From Balanoglossus misakiensis (taxonomy: Eukaryota; Animalia; Hemichordata), in the NCBI GenBank assembly GCA_040954595.2, contig CM082576.2:5554760-5618759 (forward strand): a stretch of 64,000 nt of DNA. Direction: 5' to 3'. Shown in pieces: positions 33,120-44,985 of the stretch (positions within the stretch are counted from its first letter, which is position 1; the number at the start of each line of letters is the position of its first letter). The notes below the pieces were generated by a model that worked only from the letters and a program-made list of their open reading frames with translations, was not told the origin of the DNA and searched no databases. The translations under genes and the position numbers were made by a program.

Positions 33120-36100
33120 TCATTTCTTGACACCATTGACAAGTGGAACTGGTTGGAAGTAATGCCGGATGCTTGGCGACTTGGGGGAGACAGGGGAGAG
33201 TTGCTGAAAAAAAGGAGAGAAAACGAGAATATGAATATAATTCATAAAGTGATCATTGTCATCTGAGCATCTGGTTGAATTCTGTCAGAGTGATTCACTT
33301 TCTCATAGTTAGTTTTGGGTAGAAAATATTTCCTGAGAAATATTGGTATCAATTCAGAAGTGTTTTGGTTGAGGGTGGTACCCAGTTCATTTTACGGGTT
33401 CTAAGGTTCCCAAACCATTTCCCCTAAAATCAGAAAAAAAAAACACTGAATTCAGTGACTGCAAATCAACCAACCTGTGATATTTTTGGAGAGGATGATC
33501 TGCTCCTAGACGGTGAAATGTCTTTGCTGCTGGGTTTTAACATTCTCAGTAACTTAGGTGAGCTTCTTTCTCTGCCGGGACTACTTTCTTTGCCCGGCAA
33601 CTGCTTTTGTTTTGCCAGCTGGCACAGCCAGTTGATTTTCTTCTTACTCTCTGTACAAGTGTTCGTTTCTTTCTGCGCATTTGCCCTTTTGGGCAAATCC
33701 AGTACTAAGTTTGGCAGATTGACGGTCGGCGACCCACAGATTTGTTGTTCACTTGTTGATGTACTGCATTTGAAATTGTCCCGCCTTGGTGACGAAGTCT
33801 TGTCAACATTACTTTCAACATTACTGTGAACTTCCTGAAGTTTCTGTGCTTTTCTCCTGACAGTTTCGTCGGCATCCATGAGAAAATGCTGCTCTAATGG
33901 CTGCAGATCGCCCGCACTGAAATTAGTCTCTTGGCAAATCTGAACTTTACTTTCCTGTGAAAAACGCTCATCATCTTCAATTTTACGCTTGACGCCGCGC
34001 GGAGCGACATCATCCCCACAGCCACGGACATTCTCTTTTTCCTTCACTGGTGATTTTCTGGGGGACGACTTTTTAACGGAGTCTTTTTTCGCAAACCAGT
34101 TCTTAATGGACGTGTCCCTGAGTTTTGGTGATACGTATTTCCTTGTTGCGTTGAATTGCGACGGACTGAGGGGAAGGGTTGCGGCTAACTTTGGTATGTT
34201 GCTGACAGGGCTGGCTGGTGCACAAGTAGCAGGCAGTGGTGACAATGGACAAGTTCTGAGTTGCTGGATTTCTGGAGGTGCTTTTAGAGTGGAAACCACC
34301 GTCTTTGTAACGGCAACATCACTGCTGCCATCGGTACCTGCAAAATGACGGAAATTGAATTTAAAATATTCTTGTCTCTCAAGTTCAGCTAACACAAGAT
34401 GCATACAAGGCAGCATTTATACTCACCGCAAACAGCAGTTGCAGACACTGTATCAGAGGTTGTGTATTTCTCACACCATCCACTTCTCTCATTTGCTGGC
34501 AGTGGTTTCTCTCTCCTGTTTAATCTCCATATTTTGACTGTGTTGTCATCAGAACATGTCACTATCTACATAATAAACAAATAAATGAACTATTAATTAA
34601 AAAATAGCTGAAAGTAAATGAATAAAACTCTTCAAAGTGAATGAATGACTAGAAAGTGCAGGGTACTTGACCATAGGGTTCATATAAGTCCACTTAAAAT
34701 TCCAGGGCTTTTCTTCGTCTTTCAAGCATTTTTCAAATGATATTTCATGGGTCAAAACTTTTTCTCCCAATGTCATTGTGCAGTAAGTGTTCGTAGGAAA
34801 ACTTTTAACTGATCATTGAAGAATAAAAACTGTACCTTGCTGAAATCCTTGTGGTTCCAAGCAACGCTGGTCACTTCATTGATATGACCTTTCAACTTGC
34901 AGATTGGTTCCTCAGACTTGCCAACCTGAGGACATAAACAACATGCATTATGAGTGTTGGCTTTATCTGAAGTTGTGCTTGTGAGTCTGTGGAGGGAAAG
35001 AGAAGCTTTGTCAGAAGTCAGGAATTTAAAAAAAAAACAGTTCAACCTACCTGCCAAATATAGGCATCATCGTCGCTTGAGCCACTCAGTAAGAAGTTGT
35101 CATCCAATGACAAGGAAGATTTGACGTAAAATGTGGAGTGGAGATGACCTGTGTAGAGGGCCACCGGAGTTGTTGAAGTCCCGGTACAGTCGTATTGGTA
35201 AATGGTGCTATCTGTACAACTAGCGAACACTCGACTGCAGGTTGAATCCAGCACTAGGCTAGAAAACCCTAAATGGAAAAGAAAGCAGTATTGTTGACAT
35301 TTTTGGCAAAGTTCAATTTTTTTTACATAGTATTAAGGGTGTGTTTGTGTGTACATTTGAAACGTCCACTCACTGTACCAGAACAGTAAAGACAAGTTTA
35401 GACAACCACACATTGCATCATGCATTGATGTTTATTAGCAACTGTTGTTTTGACTTGTACCAGACTCATGTCACATGTTAAATCAGCTGATGGGTGCAAT
35501 GACATATTTACTTACCCCTCTTTCTCAGACTACTGCCTGCATAGGGGATGACATGCCAAGGTGTTGGTTCTTTGATTCGGTTGTAATTCTTACGTAGATC
35601 CCACATCTTGATTGCCCTGTACAAACCACAGAGAAAGACGGCATAAACTTTTAATTGGTTTCCATAATTGTCACTGTAATTCCGCAGATTGGAACTGAAA
35701 AAGAACATCATATAATAACATATCAGTTTTACTAACCCATCCATAGCACCAGCGGATAATAGTGAGTGTTCATCTTGGAAAACGATGGCTGTCACGCTTT
35801 GTTGCGAATCACTGGCTGGTTTGGTGTAACAAAGCCGTGATTTCTTCCTCTGTCTGGGAGTTGACACTGCCGTGTTGGTGTGAGCACTGCGTATGGCATC
35901 CACTGGAGTATAACAACCATCTGAAACAAGGAGATCAGAATGTTTAGCGTTACATGGGAAAATAAACTATGGTAATTAGAAATATTATTCAGGTCACAGG
36001 GAGGGGTGTACTATATGTATCTGAAAGCTTACCTCTTTTATTGCACCTTGTATCCCATATCATAATATTTCCATCTCTAGCACATGTTGCAAAAATAAAC

Positions 36101-37277
36101 TTATTGTCTCTTATGCAGCTGACAGCCTTCAGACTGCAACTGTGTCCTTTAAAAGTGGCTAGTTTGGTGACAGTCTCGATGTTCCACAGCACGGCAGTTT
36201 GATCTCCGGATGCTGTCAAGATCTGAGGTTCACGATCCAGCCAGGCAATATCAAAGATGGCGTTGCTGTGGGCCAACCAGTCTACAATCAGGAAAAAAGC
36301 AAATGTAGGATAGGTCTTTAACAACTTTAGAGAAAATAGTGTATCTGAATGACATAAATAGTTTGTGTTGCAAAGATTCTGATATCTGAAGTGCATTTCA
36401 GTGATCAGAAATCGGTCACACCCAGATCACATGAAAGGTTGAGATGATCTAAATGGATCAATTGCTCTGGAGAGAATTACACTTCATCTTTTATGTTTAT
36501 CCCTCCTCCAATACTAGAGCACACAGACTGGAGTGTCGCAAGAGCTTTTTGTGCAAATAGCACCCCTGGGATCAGAAGATCACACTCCAATCATGATCAA
36601 ATGTAAATGATTTGCATTTCCATATAATCTATGAATTTTGACACTTACGCTCTTGATAACAGTCTATTCCTCGTTTTTCTGTGTTCACAATGCGCACGCT
36701 GCCATCCTCATCTGCTACAGCCAAGATGTGCTCAAAACCTGGAACCTTAGAGAATGCACAGGACACTGGAGGGACCACACTTCCGTCCATTGCACAGTGC
36801 ATTGTATGACAATCATCTTGAATGCAGTCAAAGTCTTCAACTACATTACAAGCAGCACCTAAAATACAGAAAAAGAGCAGGGTTGTTTAGAAATATTATT
36901 TTTGTACCTCCTACCTGAACTACACAAGAGTATCTTGAGATTGAATAAGTAGTGACACCCCCCCCCCCCCTTTGTATGAATCCCAGTATGCAATGCATCA
37001 TCATGGGGTTCCATGTCTGTGCTGTGCTGTGCTGTAGTGTATTCCCTTACTCAGTGAGGTGAGCTCTTTTTGGAGCCTTGCTCGGATGGGAATCCAACAT
37101 ATGTGCATGAATTAACAGTTTTACAGAAATAATTCTTGGGAGTACCAAAACTTGTTGGGATTCCTTTTGCCATAATAGATTGGACGTAACAACATATAGA
37201 TACACAAGAGACTCACCAAGATTGATACTGTGGTTTCCAAACTTTTCTCGGTGGTACAACGACTTGAGAATAGGCAT
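33120..37277 (-). CDS. DTL: Denticleless/CDT2, CRL4 substrate receptor, 10 coding exons, about 732 aa
   Basis: WD40 region (HILAVADEDG, WLAHSNAIFDIAW, TASGDQT, ARDGNIMIWD, IKMWDLRKNY, HSTFYVKS), SP/TP-rich tail and terminal PIP-like SIRHYF. Exons: 37277-37217, 36858-36649, 36281-36033, 35920-35737, 35616-35516, 35268-35051, 34925-34836, 34565-34427, 34337-33475, 33203-33120. Confidence 0.96.
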
Positions 37278-37374
37278 CCTGATAGTCTGGCAGTACGATA
37301 TTCAGTCAATAGCCATAAAAAAATATCGTGTGCCCCCAAAGAGTTACCACCCTGTCGTCGCAAAGCACGCTTTA

Positions 37375-37430
37375 ATAACGCGGGGGCAAATTTGCCGCGA
37401 AAATGACGTCACGATCTTTGATTGGTCAAT
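37375..37430. promoter_or_regulatory. Bidirectional DTL/INTS7 promoter
   Basis: Overlapping E2F-type sites TTTGCCGCGAAA (37391-37402), CRE TGACGTCA (37404-37411) and an inverted CCAAT (ATTGG 37421-37425). Confidence 0.75.
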
Positions 37431-37663
37431 GATGAATAGCAAGTGACAATGATTTGAGTGTTTTATCAACAGTACCTTGTTAGCGTGCCTGTCGTCTTTA
37501 TATTATGTTATATACATATTTAGTGGCGTAAAATGCCTATAATTATAGTATATTTCATTTCAGTTATCATACGCATCTTGTGATTCTTACCTTTTGTACA
37601 TACCATTTAGGCTGAGCGACGTTTTAAAAATGCTGAAATGAAGTCATTGCCATTACAGTCAAA

Positions 37664-40600
37664 ATGGCTACCGTGAGTGCTGGATTGTCCATGATGGGCA
37701 TGGAAAGTACGTATGGAGAGCCTGAACAAGATGCTAACACTGCTCTGATGGAGGTCGATAAAGGTAAAAAGCCCATTCTTCGAAACTGACAATCGTGTAT
37801 TTATTTTCTGGCCCTGTTGCATTTTATTCACCTCGTCGATTGCATCGATGCAGAGCTTGAACAGGTATGGTGTAGCCATGGAGGTGTACTAAAGGTGTAG
37901 CAGGTACATGGGTAGATGTGAGATATATGTAATGTGAGGTATTATTATGTCGATTAAAGCATAGGCAGAATAGAGCAAAAGCTTTGGCGATGTGATGCAC
38001 TTAGTCGACATTATCCTCGCTACCATTACTCTCTTGGCACAAGTATTATTACCCAGAGGAACCGAACATCCATGTGATGTCTTTCCTTTACATGAACAGG
38101 GCTCCGTTCGGCAAAAGTTGGAGAACAGTGTGAAGCTATTGTACGATTTCCAAGATTGTTTGAAAAATATCCATTTCCCATCCTCATCAACTCAGCTTTC
38201 CTCAAGTTATCTGAAGTTTTCAGGCTTGGGTAAGTCATGATAAGAATAGACATTTGAATGGGCATAGTAACAGATTGGTATTCCCGGGGTTCATCAGTGT
38301 ACACAGATGTCATCCAGCTCCGGGAATACTAAACTGAAATATCTCATGACGATATCTTTGACATCCCTCTTTCAACCATGATTTAAATATTGCAATTTTG
38401 TGTTTTGAAGGAGCAACTTTCTTCGTCTCTGTGTGTTGAAAGTGACCCAGCAAAGTGAGAAACAGCTGGACAAAATCCTGAACAAAGATGAATTTGTGAG
38501 GAGAATATTCACAGTGATTCATGCAAATGATCCTGTGGCCAGAGCTATCACACTCAGGTGAGAGTTGATGATTTATATTATTTCATTATTGCATACATTT
38601 ACTCAATATTATTGGTTTACAGACTCCTCTTCTTTTGTGTAGAGGCGAAACAGTGCCCTAATCACAGAATTTGAATCTGTCATTTTCTATTTTATCCTCA
38701 CAGGGTACTGGGAAGCATAGCCTCAATAATTGCTGACAGAAAGAATGTCCACTACAGCATTCGTAACAGTCTAGATTCGCATGATGCAGTGGAACTAGAA
38801 GCAGCCATCTTTGCTGCCAACAGGTTTGCTGCTGAATCAAGGTAAGGTATCAGTGATGAGGGATTCTGAGACAAGCCAATGGCTGATCATTCAAAATTCA
38901 ACTGTGATTATTTGCTGACAAAAACTCTCCACTGAACATAATCATATGTTTAATTTCTTTTATTTCAGGGATTTTGCTGTTGGAATTTGTAATAAAATTG
39001 CTGACATGATACAAGGTTAGTATCTACGCTATTGGTGAAAACGTGAGAGCTTTCCATCCATTATCTATGGTTGTTTCTTTTTTTTTTCAAAAGATCATGA
39101 CAGAACAACCACAGAAACCATTGTCATGCCGTCATTGGACAGGTAGTGCTTAATACATGTATTTGTAATCTTCTATCAAACTATACATGTCTGCTCTTTG
39201 ACATTACAGGTCTGGCCACACCTGTAGAAGTGAAACTCAAACTGATCCCGATCTTTGAACACATGCACCATGATGCAGAGTCTACAGTCAAAGTCAGACA
39301 GTTGTGTATCAGTATGCTGCCCTCATATCCTGCCAATGCTTTTGTCATCGCCACATTACACTCTCTATCCAGACTAGCTGCAGCATCGTTGATGGACATA
39401 CCAGCTCAGGTGAGGACAATAACATAGACAAGAGATGTTAGCTAAGGAAAGCTCTCAGCTACTCTTTCTATCTGTCAATATTTAATAAATCCATGTTTAG
39501 GAAAAAGTGCCTGTTCAAAGCATAATTGTCCTTGACAGAGGTTTACATTCTGTTCCAGATTGTTCTGTTGCTGTCCTACTTGGAAACTGATCCAAGGCAG
39601 TCAGTCAAGACTCTGGCATTGCAGGATCTCAGAATGATAGCAAACAAAGCCCCACACATGTGGTCCGGTGACAACATAGAGAAGTTGTGTCATTTCGCTG
39701 CCTTGAACCCCTATGATGCACTGAAGATTGGTGCTATGAGAGTGCTTGGCACTCTGTCAAGATCAGTGGCATTCTCCACTGTCGACCTAGGTCAAGGTGA
39801 GGGGTCAGAGGTGAAAGATTATTTTGCCAATTTTCATATGTCATGTTGATGGTGATATCCAGGTTTGGAAGAAGAAAGGTGATTTGGAAATTAAATTTGC
39901 ATCGTGATTGTAGTAATAATAGTCTGGTGCACCTTTTGCCTTCATCCTGGTTAAGTTGATAAACTATTTTCATTTCATTTATTGACGAGGCATAGAAATA
40001 TATCGTGGTCATGATGAAACACATGCAGTGGCATTTACTTAAAAATCTTGATGTTGTCTGTTAGGATCTGTTGTGGTTAACCTCTGCTCCCAGTGCTGTT
40101 ACCATACCAACCCAACCATTGCTGCCTTGACCTTAGACATCATGACAAACATCGTCATAGTGACAGCATCCAAGGGTAGAGATGTGTCAGAATCCAGTGA
40201 AGAGATCGCCATGGCAATGGAAGCATTGATTATTGGATGTGCTTCATCAGGAAGTAAGCAGGCAGAAAATGCCTTGAAGGTAAATCTGCACAAAGTGATC
40301 AATGTTTGTTATTCTGTTGGGTTCCAACATCATTTGTATAGTTTGTAACAAAAATTTTCAGTTCTCACCCACTTTTAATTTTATTATCAGTGTTGTCTCC
40401 TTTTCATTTGCCCCACAGACAGTGCTGTGCTGTGTCAGTCGTCTATGCAAGGCCTATCCTGCAGTGGCCAGCACATTAGTGGAAGGTATCGCTACCACAC
40501 TAACAACAGCTACAGGTACAGTGTGTCATGTGTTTCTGATTTGAGATTGAAAATGTGTGTTACTGCCTGGTATAATATATCACTTGGAAAAACATCTTAT

Positions 40601-43600
40601 TGAAATCATTCACTACAAATCATAATGCCTGCCACTGAACTTTCTTCTGAGCATGTGAGTGTGAACGTGTCCAGGATGTCATCTGCACTAAGGTACAGTG
40701 TATAGCATACAATGCATTTTGGAAATGGTAAGGGAATCATAGCCTTGATTTGACCATGCTATACTCATTGTAGGAGAAATGGCCATTCTGCTGTGTCAGT
40801 CACTGGCTGCCATAGGGACCTACCAACCCGAAGTTCTGACCACTCTCACTACTGATGTTTTGGATCGGTTTAAGGATGTTTCTCAAAATGTTGGTGATGA
40901 AAACCAAGACAACATAACAGTAAGGAGCCTTTGCATCTGTTTCACCCCTCATGGCTTGTCTAACCCTATCTATGAAGCATAGTGTCAGTATTTACCAGGA
41001 CTACATGATCGCGAAGTGAATATGATTGACTCACTCATTCACTCACTCCAGTTACAGGTGACCTTTCATTTCTTTTTCCAATAGGTGTATCTTGCCACAA
41101 TCTTACTGCTGGCCAATAAGGGCTCACCAGATGTGCAGTTATCCAAAGTGGTGACTGACCAGCTGCTGAACAGTTCACGTTACTGGGTGGTGTTCAAAGT
41201 TGCAAGACAAGCAGCCAGACAGGTCTGCTGATCTCTGTACCCATAGATGTTCAAGTGTGACTTATTTTTAGGACTCTGAGAATGTTGACTTTCTACTATT
41301 TGTTGTACAAAATGGTTACAAAAAGACCTTCAGTGTTGATGTACCCACTGTGTAGTGTTTAGTGGGTGATGTGATATTCTTCACGAAACTCTCAGTTGCA
41401 GGTGTATGCTTTGTGCTGACATCAATTATACTCGGCACACTCATATCTAGCTGTTCTTATTTGTCCACAGGGTAATCACAAAGTTGCCGCTGAACTCTTT
41501 GGAAGTCTGACTACCAAGGCAAGTATGATGCCAGTGTTGGCTGTCAGTATTGAAAAGTCAAAGTACATGTTCACAGCAATGTTGTCAGTGATTCAACATA
41601 AAAGAAATTCTCCTTGAGATGCAGAACATTAGAAAATTATGTACCGGTAGACTACATGATGTAATGTGGTTTGTTTGCTTTGTTAGGTTGCATCAGAGAA
41701 CTTTTATTTCTGGCTGAACAGTTTGAAATCGTTTTGCGAAGGAGAAGAATGTCTGAGAGATTTGCCAGCCAGTCCACATCATATGATACAATCCATACAG
41801 AAAAGTATCATACACTATGAGAAAGGCATTGCCACACTTAAGGTGAGAATTGTCTAAACAGAGAATACTTTCATTGTTCCAGGAAAATGTCATGAAATTA
41901 ATTTTGTTGTGTACTCTGACTGAAATTGTAAACTATTCCATTTGCTCAAAAATATACATGTACACAGATTTTTGATATGTGTATGAAGTGATGAGGGTGC
42001 TGTCCATATGGCAGCTATAATCATGCGAGCAATGCTGCTGGGGTTTAAACAGTGCCATTGATGTTTTCATACAAGTACACTTGTATCACTCCTATGTTTG
42101 TCCGTTTTTCTCAGGCTGCAGTGACACCCACTTATCCATTAGATTTTCAATGCAAGTACGTCAAGTTACGTTGTGAGATGATGGGTCTCCATCGACTCCT
42201 TGCTGTGACCTGCCAAACAATCAAGACCTGTCCTCCTCCTGCTATTGCTCCGGCTGTTGCCATGGCAACTGGGCAAGATCTACAAAAGTGTGGTCGCCTG
42301 GCAACCCAGGTGAGTGCAGTTAACAAGAAAAGTTATAAGCTTTATGTTGAAATCAAATGAATAGATCATTCTGTATCACTCAGATCTTTTGCCATCTCTG
42401 AATGATATCTTGCAGACTTGACTCATTTCTCTCTCTTTATCTGTTTTGGCTCCACAGATGCAACAGTGCTACGAGTCATTCCAATCACTAGCAAACCAGT
42501 TCAGCAACTTCCAAAAGGCATCCTTCAATGCCGATCCTGCCACACTGGAAAACATGGAATCGTATCCTTTATGATGTTTTGTCTGAATGATGATGATGAA
42601 CCATATCCTGTTATCTTGTACAATACATTCATTGCTTTTCTGAACAATTGAAGCACAAACCATCACCAAAACTAGGTACCGTATTTATACCACACAACTG
42701 TGGTCTACAAAACCATGTCAGGACGATTCAGATTATTAACGACAAATGATAGAATTCTTTGCCTGTTCGTTGCCCACACTTTATGCAAGACCCTTGACTC
42801 TCATTCAGACTACAGCAAACATGTTTGCTGATGGTTTATGCGATAGATGCACTCATCCTGAGCAATAAACTTTATAGGTTTGTTTTATAATTTTATTTTA
42901 TTGTAAAAATGATGATAGTTGAGTTTGCTGCATCTTTCATTTTTTCAAAAAACTATCCCCCTCCCCACCTTATAATTTATAAAAGCCGTTTTTGTTTTTA
43001 CTGTCATATTTGTTTCAAACTGACTTTTCATTTCTGTTTATTACAGCAATAAAGTGCCCAACCAAATGGACATGTTTTCACCAGACAGCCATGGTGGTCC
43101 AAATCGTCATAATAGCCAGTTGTCTAGGATATGCCAAGATGTAATGAAGTCTGTCCATGGAGTTTTGGAGAAGACAAATGGTGCTTCCGTATCCCAACTG
43201 GCAAGTGCATGAGATTATTATCCCTTCCACCCCCATTTCTCTGTGTAGAGATCCAACTTTACCATAGAAAATATTGACTTGGCACACCATTTTTCATGTC
43301 AGTTTTCGTATCATTTTTTTGCAGCACACACAATGTTTATTGAATGCTTCACTTGAAATTCTAAGAGTTCCTTTAGGATTCCCACGATATTTCTTCCAAA
43401 GTCTGCAATCAACAAGTATCAAGGTGAGATCCTATAGGACACATAACTTCACTGGATTATCTGCCCATTGGTGGGATAATCCAGCATTTGAAACCTTCAC
43501 TATGTCTCATTTGTTACTCATTGCAATGCCAACGTTGTTAGTCACTCATGAAGAGCGCCACCAGTGGCAGTATGTGCATTTTTCAGAAGTTTGTTCCTTT

Positions 43601-44477
43601 CCTGTATTGTCCTATTTTTAGTGAAGTCAAGATTAACACTCATTCTAACTACCCTACTTAACACATAAATCACATTTGGACAAGTTTTTATGGCATCTTA
43701 TTACATTATTTTCAGTTGGCACTATCACCCGTTTTTCGTAACCCTGGTGAGCCGAAACCCATTCAAAATGATACTCATCTATCTCTGAAAATTGAGGGTG
43801 TTGTACAACATGGAACCAGGCCAGGTTAGTATTACTTTACCTCTTTTTATACTGTGTACTTCATGCCAGACTTGAATGTACGACAAAAATCTTTGAAAAC
43901 ATACATTTTTTTAAAAGCGGAATCTCGATTTAGAATAAACCCATAATCACATTTTTGTCACCCCTTAAATTAATTTTTTACTGCAAATGTCTGATTCTAA
44001 ACAACCTTCCCTTTCCTCAGGTATCTTCAGAACAGTGAAGGAGGTATCTTTGGGTGTGTCTTCGGTGTGCATTGCTAGGACTCAAAAACCCCTTGATACA
44101 TTGAAGGTAAATGTTACTTTACACATACTGGTGATGTCGGGCCATAGCATTGGTCAATATGATAAAAGACATGAGGATTTAAGTGACCGCTTTGTGCAAT
44201 ATTTTTTGTTTATAAACAGACTAACCAATCCACCAACGAAATGCAGCAAACAGTGGAACCCCGAAATGACTACTTCAGTGTTCAGTTCCTGCTGGCATTT
44301 CCCGTGCCCGGCACACACAACGTGACAGTGACTGCCAGTGTCGTGGATGAGCATGGAGTCATGTGGAAGACCGGACCCAAGACGAGCATTCTTCTCAAAT
44401 CTTACGAAGATCCTTTTCATCAAAGGCAACAGCAACAGCAGACACAGCAACAGCGATCAGCATTTCAAAGATTCTAA
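37664..44477 (+). CDS. INTS7: Integrator complex subunit 7, 21 coding exons, about 957 aa
   Basis: EQDANTALMEVDKGLRSAKVGEQCEAIVRFPRLFEKYPFPILINSAFLK, HANDPVARAITLR, VASENFYFWL, TCPPPAIA, RYFFQSLQSTSIKLALSP and the Q-rich C-terminus ending AFQRF*. The frame is kept through one U12-type and two GC-AG introns. Confidence 0.96.
42562..42808 (+). other. U12-type (minor spliceosome) GT-AG intron in INTS7
   Basis: 5' splice site GTATCCTTT, branch-point-like CCTTGAC (42792-42798) 10 nt before the end of the intron, and no long polypyrimidine tract. Joining TC|A restores ENMESLQQTCLLM. Confidence 0.88.
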
Positions 44478-44903
44478 TTTACAAAAATGTGAATTTAAAA
44501 TTTATACATTATTGTTTTGTTTTTTTTAGTATTTTCAGACACTATTATAGTTTTGTATAAATTTCAAAAAGTGGAATTAAATATTATAAATTCAACCTGC
44601 CATTTTGCTTGTTGTTTTTCCAAGTGGAAACAGTGATTGGCATAAAAATTAGTTATCTTTATTACTAGTAGTTGAAATAACTATAGTGTACGTGAGATAG
44701 AAGATTGCCATACTTGCATCTTTTATAAATGTCCATCAAAATTACTGAACATTGTTGATAAAAATCAAATGACACAATTGCGGTTGAAAAATCTTTACTC
44801 TCAATCACTCTCATCATCAAGAATAAAGTTCAAACCATCCCCGTAGTAAAGGTCTGGTCCCATGCCCCACCCCCTCGCTGGGAACCAAGCAACCATTCCC
44901 GCG

Positions 44904-44946
44904 CGCTGACTTGATCAGCTGATGTAACCTTTGACCTTATATATAT
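44904..44946 (+). promoter_or_regulatory. Peptidase gene promoter: DR1 element plus TATA box
   Basis: TAACCT-T-TGACCT (44925-44937) is immediately followed by a TATATATAT run (44938-44946), about 40 nt before the ATG. Confidence 0.6.
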
Positions 44947-44985
44947 GAACAAAAACACGACGCCTAACACATACACACGTACAGT

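Noticed and set aside
33455-34348. Plus-strand ORFs antisense to the large DTL exon (similar cases occur opposite L3HYPDH and SGPP)
   Set aside because: Shadow ORFs expected opposite long coding exons.
38853-38918. C/D-box-like motifs in INTS7 intron 4
   Set aside because: Only about 11 nt from the donor, with no convincing terminal stem or rRNA/snRNA guide.
44420-44477. Poly-Gln tract at the INTS7 C-terminus
   Set aside because: As I recall, a similar Q-rich tail ending in RF is present in vertebrate INTS7, so it is not novel.
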